A model generated the notes under the pieces. The model saw nothing but the letters and a program-made list of their open reading frames with translations, was not told the origin of the DNA and did no database searches. This document shows positions 20,247 to 31,769 of a stretch of DNA of 64,000 nt, in pieces (within the stretch, counting starts at the first letter, position 1; the number at the start of each line of letters is the position of its first letter). A program made the translations under genes and the position numbers. Origin of the DNA: Tubulanus polymorphus. Lineage: Eukaryota; Animalia; Nemertea. The stretch is from positions 124,001 through 188,000 of the forward strand of contig NW_027437431.1 in NCBI RefSeq assembly GCF_964204645.1, read 5' to 3'.

Positions 20247-21329
20247 ATGCCATCGTTGAAACGGAGGCGAAACGGATTTACATTGCCCGGTTTACCACAT
20301 TGCGGTCCATTCAACGATATATCCAGTTACAAAAGCGAAGGAATAGACGAAGTGTGCCGTATTCACGACAAAGAGTACGGAGAACTGCAAGAGAAATACG
20401 GTAAATGGGCTCCGTACTTCCAGTACAATTCAGCGGATCAGACATTTTTGGACAGTGCTTCGGGTGTGAACGGTGTAGGTGCGAGACTAACGTCGAGTGT
20501 ATTCAGAGCAAAACGGGCGTTATTTCCAACAATGGCGGAAGAACCGGCATTAAAAAGATCAAAGAGAACGGCGGAAACGGGGAGCGAAGAAGGGAACGCC
20601 CAACAAATGATGACTCACATGACGGAAAAGCCGTCACTACACTATAAGAGCGTGTTAATACATAGAGGTTACCTAACGTTTACGAATTGGGATCCGGACC
20701 AGGCGTACGGAGCATTCGGAAGAAAAGCGAAGATTTACTGTTCGGGAATGAGAACGTTTAACTTCGGATTAAAAGAAAGAGAAGGATGGAGAAGATTTCC
20801 AGCCAGCATGGATACCATAGGGATGTGGGATCAATTCAAAGTGACTTCGGGTAAAATAACGTTATACCCCATAGCGAGCGAAAGCGCGGTAAGCTCTGAT
20901 TCGAACGCGTTCCAAGATCCGATAGTATGGTTAAAGACGGCAGCCGATTGGGACTTGAAAGTGAAAGACTCGGCCGCCAATACTCACCAGGGATCGCCGT
21001 ACGCCGATATAAATTTATTAACTCAAAAGCAAAGCTACAGGCAATACGAATTAGGTCGGGGATGCGTTAGCATGGGATTACCCATGTCGACCATAAGAAC
21101 CGAAATACAAGACACGAGTGACCCGACAGACGTTACCAGATCGGTGAATATCGGGGATAACTCGGCGTGGTTAGACGGAGCGTACCGCGATCATTGGCAA
21201 TCAGCCGCGCTCATTATGCAAATGTTAGTGTACAACGATTCGATACACGCGGATTTAAACACGCCCCATACAGAAATTATCGTTCCAGCGGAAGTGGAGT
21301 TTACGATGATTCATAGAAACAGAGTATAA
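20247..21329 (+). CDS. PLA2-capsid protein, copy 7
   Basis: Identical protein. Confidence 0.88.
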   Translation: MPSLKRRRNGFTLPGLPHCGPFNDISSYKSEGIDEVCRIHDKEYGELQEKYGKWAPYFQYNSADQTFLDSASGVNGVGARLTSSVFRAKRALFPTMAEEPALKRSKRTAETGSEEGNAQQMMTHMTEKPSLHYKSVLIHRGYLTFTNWDPDQAYGAFGRKAKIYCSGMRTFNFGLKEREGWRRFPASMDTIGMWDQFKVTSGKITLYPIASESAVSSDSNAFQDPIVWLKTAADWDLKVKDSAANTHQGSPYADINLLTQKQSYRQYELGRGCVSMGLPMSTIRTEIQDTSDPTDVTRSVNIGDNSAWLDGAYRDHWQSAALIMQMLVYNDSIHADLNTPHTEIIVPAEVEFTMIHRNRV

Positions 21330-21551
21330 TATGATAATAACTTTCCTATTCTTGGCATCCGGTTTCCTACACGAGTACAAGTGGCACGTATATACTAAAC
21401 GTATCATGAGTAGAACGCAACGATTCATGAAAATAAGAGACGAAGTGGCGAACGAGTGGGTCATCAAACACGACGTCAACGAAAATCGGGTACTAAGGGA
21501 ACAACACATTACAGAAGTAGCGAAAAGGATATTCTACTACCGGGAAAAACA

Positions 21552-22955
21552 ATGGGAACTAAGTCGAGAAACTGGTCGTTCACAACCGACAATCGAGCAG
21601 AAGTCTGCCTCGAAAGTCAAATCGGAACGTCAACAGTAACCGTACACATAGGTCCGCAAGAAGATCCGGACGGTTACGCGCACGGAGTAATAATAACGTT
21701 AGCCAAAGGTACGCAACGACCGTTGAAACAGAGCGAAAACGCGATTAGACAACTGTTACACTCGCTAGGCATTAGATTAGTTAACGACTACATCAAACCG
21801 ACGGAAAAATTAGGCGCCTACATTCAATACATGTACAAAGAAGCCGACAAAATACCGGAAGAATTACGAGGTCACTTGGAGGTGAAAAACTCGAAAACGA
21901 ACGACGACTTTTTCGGCCAAAAGATAAACGCGTTATACGCGGAATACCAACAAAGACCGGGACTAGCCGATTGGACGGCGAGAATAGTGAAGGAGTTCGG
22001 TTACAACGTACCCGAACTGAAAGTGAAAAGATCGTTTAAAAATTGGCCGGTAAGGGTAAAAGATATTACGAGAAACGCGGGTGACTTTGCGTTGAAAATG
22101 ACGGACATAACAGAGCCGAAATTGACGCCGGAAATGGGAGTAGAAATTATAACGAAATGCCTGGATAACGTTCAATCGGCGATGTGGGATGGTAAACATA
22201 TAAATAAACGTGACCTGCTGGTAATATTGGTGAACGCGGCGATCGAGGGAGGTACGAGTAAAATCAGAAACGCGCCTCATATAATATTTTACGGAGATGC
22301 CGGGTCTGGTAAATCGATGTTGGCTAAATTATTGTTCCCGGATTCGATTACGAGCCAAATGCCGACGGATTCGGAAGGCGTAGGAGCGTGCGAGATGGGA
22401 GGAGGACAACGTATATTCAAAGTCGACGACGCCAGCGACGCTTTTTGGCACAACTCGGGGTTGTTGTCGATGATACTCGCGATGTACCAGTCCACCTGGG
22501 AGGCAAAAGTACATTCTAGTAAACAAAGTAACCCGCCGTGTATGACGGTAATTACGACGAATTGTAAGAATCCGTTAGAGAAGTTCGCCTCTACAGTAGC
22601 TTTGGAAGCTGTGGAAAGGAGATTCTTGTCGGTGTATTTCAAAGGTAAAGCAGATTTGGGAAACGTAGTTTACGACATTACGCCGGGCGTATGCGAAGAA
22701 ATATTAGAAATAATAGTTAACGAAATTAGACAAGGTAGATATCTGGACAACCAAGTCCACTTGGACGACTGGGAAACGGATGATGACGTGGTGATACCGT
22801 TCGAAAAAGAAAGAAACTTCATCGAAGCGTACCACGTAGGTCACATGTCGGACGCGATGCATCAGAATATGGAGGAAAGGTTAAAACGTAAACGTAAAGA
22901 AGAAGACGATACGAATGAAACTCTTAAGTTCGCTAAACGCGGGGAAATCCTGTAG
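21552..22955 (+). CDS. rep: Rep, copy 7
   Basis: Identical protein. Confidence 0.9.
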   Translation: MGTKSRNWSFTTDNRAEVCLESQIGTSTVTVHIGPQEDPDGYAHGVIITLAKGTQRPLKQSENAIRQLLHSLGIRLVNDYIKPTEKLGAYIQYMYKEADKIPEELRGHLEVKNSKTNDDFFGQKINALYAEYQQRPGLADWTARIVKEFGYNVPELKVKRSFKNWPVRVKDITRNAGDFALKMTDITEPKLTPEMGVEIITKCLDNVQSAMWDGKHINKRDLLVILVNAAIEGGTSKIRNAPHIIFYGDAGSGKSMLAKLLFPDSITSQMPTDSEGVGACEMGGGQRIFKVDDASDAFWHNSGLLSMILAMYQSTWEAKVHSSKQSNPPCMTVITTNCKNPLEKFASTVALEAVERRFLSVYFKGKADLGNVVYDITPGVCEEILEIIVNEIRQGRYLDNQVHLDDWETDDDVVIPFEKERNFIEAYHVGHMSDAMHQNMEERLKRKRKEEDDTNETLKFAKRGEIL

Positions 22956-23652
22956 TTGGCAATGTAAATAAATCTATAAATAGAATTCTATAAATTTCTC
23001 AATTCGTTACTACCAGTGGACCCGCAGACCCGCGGACCCACTGGCTGTTCGTTTTTCATGGTCTACCCCCCCTTATATATATAATAAGGAAAGAGAAGGA
23101 GGGTCCGCGGGTCCGCGGGTCTGCGGTATTCTCTAAACCGAGAATCGAAAAGTTAATGAAACTAGGTCGGAAAGATAACAAATTATTATTCAATATATCC
23201 TAAAGCTTCTACGAGGTTGGTCACGCGCTCGCTACGCTCGCCAGCGTGACACAACCTCGTGGACGCTCCAAAGATAATGAGTATGTGCTTGATAATGAGT
23301 GAATTAATTGGGAACCCTATAGCGGGTAAAAGGTAAGAAGTAGAAATTATAGGGTTAGGGGTTATCATTATACTCGGATGCCCACAGCCCGTGGTGGTCT
23401 GTGACAGTGGAGGTTAGTTAAAGTTCGAGGCGTGTGACTAGTCGGGGGGAATAACATAGGCGGCTACGCCGCGATAGTTAGTCGGCAAGGTCGGCTGCGC
23501 CTCCGGCGGTACAGATTACATCTGAGTGTATTAGTCTACCAACGGAAGCCCAAACCCTAAATAATATTAGTCGGAAAAATCTGAGTTAGAGGGTCGCAAC
23601 CGGTTCAAACAATTTAACATCTCATACAGGTGACTCGTACTTTTAGTATCAA

Positions 23653-24735
23653 ATGCCATCGTTGAAACGGAGGCGAAACGGATTTACATTGCCCGGTTTA
23701 CCACATTGCGGTCCATTCAACGATATATCCAGTTACAAAAGCGAAGGAATAGACGAAGTGTGCCGTATTCACGACAAAGAGTACGGAGAACTGCAAGAGA
23801 AATACGGTAAATGGGCTCCGTACTTCCAGTACAATTCAGCGGATCAGACATTTTTGGACAGTGCTTCGGGTGTGAACGGTGTAGGTGCGAGACTAACGTC
23901 GAGTGTATTCAGAGCAAAACGGGCGTTATTTCCAACAATGGCGGAAGAACCGGCATTAAAAAGATCAAAGAGAACGGCGGAAACGGGGAGCGAAGAAGGG
24001 AACGCCCAACAAATGATGACTCACATGACGGAAAAGCCGTCACTACACTATAAGAGCGTGTTAATACATAGAGGTTACCTAACGTTTACGAATTGGGATC
24101 CGGACCAGGCGTACGGAGCATTCGGAAGAAAAGCGAAGATTTACTGTTCGGGAATGAGAACGTTTAACTTCGGATTAAAAGAAAGAGAAGGATGGAGAAG
24201 ATTTCCAGCCAGCATGGATACCATAGGGATGTGGGATCAATTCAAAGTGACTTCGGGTAAAATAACGTTATACCCCATAGCGAGCGAAAGCGCGGTAAGC
24301 TCTGATTCGAACGCGTTCCAAGATCCGATAGTATGGTTAAAGACGGCAGCCGATTGGGACTTGAAAGTGAAAGACTCGGCCGCCAATACTCACCAGGGAT
24401 CGCCGTACGCCGATATAAATTTATTAACTCAAAAGCAAAGCTACAGGCAATACGAATTAGGTCGGGGATGCGTTAGCATGGGATTACCCATGTCGACCAT
24501 AAGAACCGAAATACAAGACACGAGTGACCCGACAGACGTTACCAGATCGGTGAATATCGGGGATAACTCGGCGTGGTTAGACGGAGCGTACCGCGATCAT
24601 TGGCAATCAGCCGCGCTCATTATGCAAATGTTAGTGTACAACGATTCGATACACGCGGATTTAAACACGCCCCATACAGAAATTATCGTTCCAGCGGAAG
24701 TGGAGTTTACGATGATTCATAGAAACAGAGTATAA
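23653..24735 (+). CDS. PLA2-capsid protein, copy 8
   Basis: Identical protein. Confidence 0.88.
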   Translation: MPSLKRRRNGFTLPGLPHCGPFNDISSYKSEGIDEVCRIHDKEYGELQEKYGKWAPYFQYNSADQTFLDSASGVNGVGARLTSSVFRAKRALFPTMAEEPALKRSKRTAETGSEEGNAQQMMTHMTEKPSLHYKSVLIHRGYLTFTNWDPDQAYGAFGRKAKIYCSGMRTFNFGLKEREGWRRFPASMDTIGMWDQFKVTSGKITLYPIASESAVSSDSNAFQDPIVWLKTAADWDLKVKDSAANTHQGSPYADINLLTQKQSYRQYELGRGCVSMGLPMSTIRTEIQDTSDPTDVTRSVNIGDNSAWLDGAYRDHWQSAALIMQMLVYNDSIHADLNTPHTEIIVPAEVEFTMIHRNRV

Positions 24736-24957
24736 TATGATAATAACTTTCCTATTCTTGGCATCCGGTTTCCTACACGAGTACAAGTGGCACGTATATA
24801 CTAAACGTATCATGAGTAGAACGCAACGATTCATGAAAATAAGAGACGAAGTGGCGAACGAGTGGGTCATCAAACACGACGTCAACGAAAATCGGGTACT
24901 AAGGGAACAACACATTACAGAAGTAGCGAAAAGGATATTCTACTACCGGGAAAAACA

Positions 24958-26361
24958 ATGGGAACTAAGTCGAGAAACTGGTCGTTCACAACCGACAATC
25001 GAGCAGAAGTCTGCCTCGAAAGTCAAATCGGAACGTCAACAGTAACCGTACACATAGGTCCGCAAGAAGATCCGGACGGTTACGCGCACGGAGTAATAAT
25101 AACGTTAGCCAAAGGTACGCAACGACCGTTGAAACAGAGCGAAAACGCGATTAGACAACTGTTACACTCGCTAGGCATTAGATTAGTTAACGACTACATC
25201 AAACCGACGGAAAAATTAGGCGCCTACATTCAATACATGTACAAAGAAGCCGACAAAATACCGGAAGAATTACGAGGTCACTTGGAGGTGAAAAACTCGA
25301 AAACGAACGACGACTTTTTCGGCCAAAAGATAAACGCGTTATACGCGGAATACCAACAAAGACCGGGACTAGCCGATTGGACGGCGAGAATAGTGAAGGA
25401 GTTCGGTTACAACGTACCCGAACTGAAAGTGAAAAGATCGTTTAAAAATTGGCCGGTAAGGGTAAAAGATATTACGAGAAACGCGGGTGACTTTGCGTTG
25501 AAAATGACGGACATAACAGAGCCGAAATTGACGCCGGAAATGGGAGTAGAAATTATAACGAAATGCCTGGATAACGTTCAATCGGCGATGTGGGATGGTA
25601 AACATATAAATAAACGTGACCTGCTGGTAATATTGGTGAACGCGGCGATCGAGGGAGGTACGAGTAAAATCAGAAACGCGCCTCATATAATATTTTACGG
25701 AGATGCCGGGTCTGGTAAATCGATGTTGGCTAAATTATTGTTCCCGGATTCGATTACGAGCCAAATGCCGACGGATTCGGAAGGCGTAGGAGCGTGCGAG
25801 ATGGGAGGAGGACAACGTATATTCAAAGTCGACGACGCCAGCGACGCTTTTTGGCACAACTCGGGGTTGTTGTCGATGATACTCGCGATGTACCAGTCCA
25901 CCTGGGAGGCAAAAGTACATTCTAGTAAACAAAGTAACCCGCCGTGTATGACGGTAATTACGACGAATTGTAAGAATCCGTTAGAGAAGTTCGCCTCTAC
26001 AGTAGCTTTGGAAGCTGTGGAAAGGAGATTCTTGTCGGTGTATTTCAAAGGTAAAGCAGATTTGGGAAACGTAGTTTACGACATTACGCCGGGCGTATGC
26101 GAAGAAATATTAGAAATAATAGTTAACGAAATTAGACAAGGTAGATATCTGGACAACCAAGTCCACTTGGACGACTGGGAAACGGATGATGACGTGGTGA
26201 TACCGTTCGAAAAAGAAAGAAACTTCATCGAAGCGTACCACGTAGGTCACATGTCGGACGCGATGCATCAGAATATGGAGGAAAGGTTAAAACGTAAACG
26301 TAAAGAAGAAGACGATACGAATGAAACTCTTAAGTTCGCTAAACGCGGGGAAATCCTGTAG
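24958..26361 (+). CDS. rep: Rep, copy 8
   Basis: Identical protein. Confidence 0.9.
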   Translation: MGTKSRNWSFTTDNRAEVCLESQIGTSTVTVHIGPQEDPDGYAHGVIITLAKGTQRPLKQSENAIRQLLHSLGIRLVNDYIKPTEKLGAYIQYMYKEADKIPEELRGHLEVKNSKTNDDFFGQKINALYAEYQQRPGLADWTARIVKEFGYNVPELKVKRSFKNWPVRVKDITRNAGDFALKMTDITEPKLTPEMGVEIITKCLDNVQSAMWDGKHINKRDLLVILVNAAIEGGTSKIRNAPHIIFYGDAGSGKSMLAKLLFPDSITSQMPTDSEGVGACEMGGGQRIFKVDDASDAFWHNSGLLSMILAMYQSTWEAKVHSSKQSNPPCMTVITTNCKNPLEKFASTVALEAVERRFLSVYFKGKADLGNVVYDITPGVCEEILEIIVNEIRQGRYLDNQVHLDDWETDDDVVIPFEKERNFIEAYHVGHMSDAMHQNMEERLKRKRKEEDDTNETLKFAKRGEIL

Positions 26362-27058
26362 TTGGCAATGTAAATAAATCTATAAATAGAATTCTATAAA
26401 TTTCTCAATTCGTTACTACCAGTGGACCCGCAGACCCGCGGACCCACTGGCTGTTCGTTTTTCATGGTCTACCCCCCCTTATATATATAATAAGGAAAGA
26501 GAAGGAGGGTCCGCGGGTCCGCGGGTCTGCGGTATTCTCTAAACCGAGAATCGAAAAGTTAATGAAACTAGGTCGGAAAGATAACAAATTATTATTCAAT
26601 ATATCCTAAAGCTTCTACGAGGTTGGTCACGCGCTCGCTACGCTCGCCAGCGTGACACAACCTCGTGGACGCTCCAAAGATAATGAGTATGTGCTTGATA
26701 ATGAGTGAATTAATTGGGAACCCTATAGCGGGTAAAAGGTAAGAAGTAGAAATTATAGGGTTAGGGGTTATCATTATACTCGGATGCCCACAGCCCGTGG
26801 TGGTCTGTGACAGTGGAGGTTAGTTAAAGTTCGAGGCGTGTGACTAGTCGGGGGGAATAACATAGGCGGCTACGCCGCGATAGTTAGTCGGCAAGGTCGG
26901 CTGCGCCTCCGGCGGTACAGATTACATCTGAGTGTATTAGTCTACCAACGGAAGCCCAAACCCTAAATAATATTAGTCGGAAAAATCTGAGTTAGAGGGT
27001 CGCAACCGGTTCAAACAATTTAACATCTCATACAGGTGACTCGTACTTTTAGTATCAA

Positions 27059-28141
27059 ATGCCATCGTTGACACGGAGGCGAAACGGATTTACATTGCCC
27101 GGTTTACCACATTGCGGTCCATTCAACGATATATCCAGTTACAAAAGCGAAGGAATAGACGAAGTGTGCCGTATTCACGACAAAGAGTACGGAGAACTGC
27201 AAGAGAAATACGGTAAATGGGCTCCGTACTTCCAGTACAATTCAGCGGATCAGACATTTTTGGACAGTGCTTCGGGTGTGAACGGTGTAGGTGCGAGACT
27301 AACGTCGAGTGTATTCAGAGCAAAACGGGCGTTATTTCCAACAATGGCGGAAGAACCGGCATTAAAAAGATCAAAGAGAACGGCGGAAACGGGGAGCGAA
27401 GAAGGGAACGCCCAACAAATGATGACTCACATGACGGAAAAGCCGTCACTACACTATAAGAGCGTGTTAATACATAGAGGTTACCTAACGTTTACGAATT
27501 GGGATCCGGACCAGGCGTACGGAGCATTCGGAAGAAAAGCGAAGATTTACTGTTCGGGAATGAGAACGTTTAACTTCGGATTAAAAGAAAGAGAAGGATG
27601 GAGAAGATTTCCAGCCAGCATGGATACCATAGGGATGTGGGATCAATTCAAAGTGACTTCGGGTAAAATAACGTTATACCCCATAGCGAGCGAAAGCGCG
27701 GTAAGCTCTGATTCGAACGCGTTCCAAGATCCGATAGTATGGTTAAAGACGGCAGCCGATTGGGACTTGAAAGTGAAAGACTCGGCCGCCAATACTCACC
27801 AGGGATCGCCGTACGCCGATATAAATTTATTAACTCAAAAGCAAAGCTACAGGCAATACGAATTAGGTCGGGGATGCGTTAGCATGGGATTACCCATGTC
27901 GACCATAAGAACCGAAATACAAGACACGAGTGACCCGACAGACGTTACCAGATCGGTGAATATCGGGGATAACTCGGCGTGGTTAGACGGAGCGTACCGC
28001 GATCATTGGCAATCAGCCGCGCTCATTATGCAAATGTTAGTGTACAACGATTCGATACACGCGGATTTAAACACGCCCCATACAGAAATTATCGTTCCAG
28101 CGGAAGTGGAGTTTACGATGATTCATAGAAACAGAGTATAA
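27059..28141 (+). CDS. PLA2-capsid protein, copy 9 (K5T)
   Basis: A>C at 27072. Confidence 0.88.
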   Translation: MPSLTRRRNGFTLPGLPHCGPFNDISSYKSEGIDEVCRIHDKEYGELQEKYGKWAPYFQYNSADQTFLDSASGVNGVGARLTSSVFRAKRALFPTMAEEPALKRSKRTAETGSEEGNAQQMMTHMTEKPSLHYKSVLIHRGYLTFTNWDPDQAYGAFGRKAKIYCSGMRTFNFGLKEREGWRRFPASMDTIGMWDQFKVTSGKITLYPIASESAVSSDSNAFQDPIVWLKTAADWDLKVKDSAANTHQGSPYADINLLTQKQSYRQYELGRGCVSMGLPMSTIRTEIQDTSDPTDVTRSVNIGDNSAWLDGAYRDHWQSAALIMQMLVYNDSIHADLNTPHTEIIVPAEVEFTMIHRNRV

Positions 28142-28363
28142 TATGATAATAACTTTCCTATTCTTGGCATCCGGTTTCCTACACGAGTACAAGTGGCACG
28201 TATATACTAAACGTATCATGAGTAGAACGCAACGATTCATGAAAATAAGAGACGAAGTGGCGAACGAGTGGGTCATCAAACACGACGTCAACGAAAATCG
28301 GGTACTAAGGGAACAACACATTACAGAAGTAGCGAAAAGGATATTCTACTACCGGGAAAAACA

Positions 28364-29767
28364 ATGGGAACTAAGTCGAGAAACTGGTCGTTCACAACCG
28401 ACAATCGAGCAGAAGTCTGCCTCGAAAGTCAAATCGGAACGTCAACAGTAACCGTACACATAGGTCCGCAAGAAGATCCGGACGGTTACGCGCACGGAGT
28501 AATAATAACGTTAGCCAAAGGTACGCAACGACCGTTGAAACAGAGCGAAAACGCGATTAGACAACTGTTACACTCGCTAGGCATTAGATTAGTTAACGAC
28601 TACATCAAACCGACGGAAAAATTAGGCGCCTACATTCAATACATGTACAAAGAAGCCGACAAAATACCGGAAGAATTACGAGGTCACTTGGAGGTGAAAA
28701 ACTCGAAAACGAACGACGACTTTTTCGGCCAAAAGATAAACGCGTTATACGCGGAATACCAACAAAGACCGGGACTAGCCGATTGGACGGCGAGAATAGT
28801 GAAGGAGTTCGGTTACAACGTACCCGAACTGAAAGTGAAAAGATCGTTTAAAAATTGGCCGGTAAGGGTAAAAGATATTACGAGAAACGCGGGTGACTTT
28901 GCGTTGAAAATGACGGACATAACAGAGCCGAAATTGACGCCGGAAATGGGAGTAGAAATTATAACGAAATGCCTGGATAACGTTCAATCGGCGATGTGGG
29001 ATGGTAAACATATAAATAAACGTGACCTGCTGGTAATATTGGTGAACGCGGCGATCGAGGGAGGTACGAGTAAAATCAGAAACGCGCCTCATATAATATT
29101 TTACGGAGATGCCGGGTCTGGTAAATCGATGTTGGCTAAATTATTGTTCCCGGATTCGATTACGAGCCAAATGCCGACGGATTCGGAAGGCGTAGGAGCG
29201 TGCGAGATGGGAGGAGGACAACGTATATTCAAAGTCGACGACGCCAGCGACGCTTTTTGGCACAACTCGGGGTTGTTGTCGATGATACTCGCGATGTACC
29301 AGTCCACCTGGGAGGCAAAAGTACATTCTAGTAAACAAAGTAACCCGCCGTGTATGACGGTAATTACGACGAATTGTAAGAATCCGTTAGAGAAGTTCGC
29401 CTCTACAGTAGCTTTGGAAGCTGTGGAAAGGAGATTCTTGTCGGTGTATTTCAAAGGTAAAGCAGATTTGGGAAACGTAGTTTACGACATTACGCCGGGC
29501 GTATGCGAAGAAATATTAGAAATAATAGTTAACGAAATTAGACAAGGTAGATATCTGGACAACCAAGTCCACTTGGACGACTGGGAAACGGATGATGACG
29601 TGGTGATACCGTTCGAAAAAGAAAGAAACTTCATCGAAGCGTACCACGTAGGTCACATGTCGGACGCGATGCATCAGAATATGGAGGAAAGGTTAAAACG
29701 TAAACGTAAAGAAGAAGACGATACGAATGAAACTCTTAAGTTCGCTAAACGCGGGGAAATCCTGTAG
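28364..29767 (+). CDS. rep: Rep, copy 9
   Basis: Identical protein. Confidence 0.9.
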   Translation: MGTKSRNWSFTTDNRAEVCLESQIGTSTVTVHIGPQEDPDGYAHGVIITLAKGTQRPLKQSENAIRQLLHSLGIRLVNDYIKPTEKLGAYIQYMYKEADKIPEELRGHLEVKNSKTNDDFFGQKINALYAEYQQRPGLADWTARIVKEFGYNVPELKVKRSFKNWPVRVKDITRNAGDFALKMTDITEPKLTPEMGVEIITKCLDNVQSAMWDGKHINKRDLLVILVNAAIEGGTSKIRNAPHIIFYGDAGSGKSMLAKLLFPDSITSQMPTDSEGVGACEMGGGQRIFKVDDASDAFWHNSGLLSMILAMYQSTWEAKVHSSKQSNPPCMTVITTNCKNPLEKFASTVALEAVERRFLSVYFKGKADLGNVVYDITPGVCEEILEIIVNEIRQGRYLDNQVHLDDWETDDDVVIPFEKERNFIEAYHVGHMSDAMHQNMEERLKRKRKEEDDTNETLKFAKRGEIL

Positions 29768-30464
29768 TTGGCAATGTAAATAAATCTATAAATAGAATTC
29801 TATAAATTTCTCAATTCGTTACTACCAGTGGACCCGCAGACCCGCGGACCCACTGGCTGTTCGTTTTTCATGGTCTACCCCCCCTTATATATATAATAAG
29901 GAAAGAGAAGGAGGGTCCGCGGGTCCGCGGGTCTGCGGTATTCTCTAAACCGAGAATCGAAAAGTTAATGAAACTAGGTCGGAAAGATAACAAATTATTA
30001 TTCAATATATCCTAAAGCTTCTACGAGGTTGGTCACGCGCTCGCTACGCTCGCCAGCGTGACACAACCTCGTGGACGCTCCAAAGATAATGAGTATGTGC
30101 TTGATAATGAGTGAATTAATTGGGAACCCTATAGCGGGTAAAAGGTAAGAAGTAGAAATTATAGGGTTAGGGGTTATCATTATACTCGGATGCCCACAGC
30201 CCGTGGTGGTCTGTGACAGTGGAGGTTAGTTAAAGTTCGAGGCGTGTGACTAGTCGGGGGGAATAACATAGGCGGCTACGCCGCGATAGTTAGTCGGCAA
30301 GGTCGGCTGCGCCTCCGGCGGTACAGATTACATCTGAGTGTATTAGTCTACCAACGGAAGCCCAAACCCTAAATAATATTAGTCGGAAAAATCTGAGTTA
30401 GAGGGTCGCAACCGGTTCAAACAATTTAACATCTCATACAGGTGACTCGTACTTTTAGTATCAA

Positions 30465-31547
30465 ATGCCATCGTTGACACGGAGGCGAAACGGATTTACA
30501 TTGCCCGGTTTACCACATTGCGGTCCATTCAACGATATATCCAGTTACAAAAGCGAAGGAATAGACGAAGTGTGCCGTATTCACGACAAAGAGTACGGAG
30601 AACTGCAAGAGAAATACGGTAAATGGGCTCCGTACTTCCAGTACAATTCAGCGGATCAGACATTTTTGGACAGTGCTTCGGGTGTGAACGGTGTAGGTGC
30701 GAGACTAACGTCGAGTGTATTCAGAGCAAAACGGGCGTTATTTCCAACAATGGCGGAAGAACCGGCATTAAAAAGATCAAAGAGAACGGCGGAAACGGGG
30801 AGCGAAGAAGGGAACGCCCAACAAATGATGACTCACATGACGGAAAAGCCGTCACTACACTATAAGAGCGTGTTAATACATAGAGGTTACCTAACGTTTA
30901 CGAATTGGGATCCGGACCAGGCGTACGGAGCATTCGGAAGAAAAGCGAAGATTTACTGTTCGGGAATGAGAACGTTTAACTTCGGATTAAAAGAAAGAGA
31001 AGGATGGAGAAGATTTCCAGCCAGCATGGATACCATAGGGATGTGGGATCAATTCAAAGTGACTTCGGGTAAAATAACGTTATACCCCATAGCGAGCGAA
31101 AGCGCGGTAAGCTCTGATTCGAACGCGTTCCAAGATCCGATAGTATGGTTAAAGACGGCAGCCGATTGGGACTTGAAAGTGAAAGACTCGGCCGCCAATA
31201 CTCACCAGGGATCGCCGTACGCCGATATAAATTTATTAACTCAAAAGCAAAGCTACAGGCAATACGAATTAGGTCGGGGATGCGTTAGCATGGGATTACC
31301 CATGTCGACCATAAGAACCGAAATACAAGACACGAGTGACCCGACAGACGTTACCAGATCGGTGAATATCGGGGATAACTCGGCGTGGTTAGACGGAGCG
31401 TACCGCGATCATTGGCAATCAGCCGCGCTCATTATGCAAATGTTAGTGTACAACGATTCGATACACGCGGATTTAAACACGCCCCATACAGAAATTATCG
31501 TTCCAGCGGAAGTGGAGTTTACGATGATTCATAGAAACAGAGTATAA
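30465..31547 (+). CDS. PLA2-capsid protein, copy 10 (K5T)
   Basis: A>C at 30478, same change as copy 9. Confidence 0.88.
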   Translation: MPSLTRRRNGFTLPGLPHCGPFNDISSYKSEGIDEVCRIHDKEYGELQEKYGKWAPYFQYNSADQTFLDSASGVNGVGARLTSSVFRAKRALFPTMAEEPALKRSKRTAETGSEEGNAQQMMTHMTEKPSLHYKSVLIHRGYLTFTNWDPDQAYGAFGRKAKIYCSGMRTFNFGLKEREGWRRFPASMDTIGMWDQFKVTSGKITLYPIASESAVSSDSNAFQDPIVWLKTAADWDLKVKDSAANTHQGSPYADINLLTQKQSYRQYELGRGCVSMGLPMSTIRTEIQDTSDPTDVTRSVNIGDNSAWLDGAYRDHWQSAALIMQMLVYNDSIHADLNTPHTEIIVPAEVEFTMIHRNRV

Positions 31548-31769
31548 TATGATAATAACTTTCCTATTCTTGGCATCCGGTTTCCTACACGAGTACAAGT
31601 GGCACGTATATACTAAACGTATCATGAGTAGAACGCAACGATTCATGAAAATAAGAGACGAAGTGGCGAACGAGTGGGTCATCAAACACGACGTCAACGA
31701 AAATCGGGTACTAAGGGAACAACACATTACAGAAGTAGCGAAAAGGATATTCTACTACCGGGAAAAACA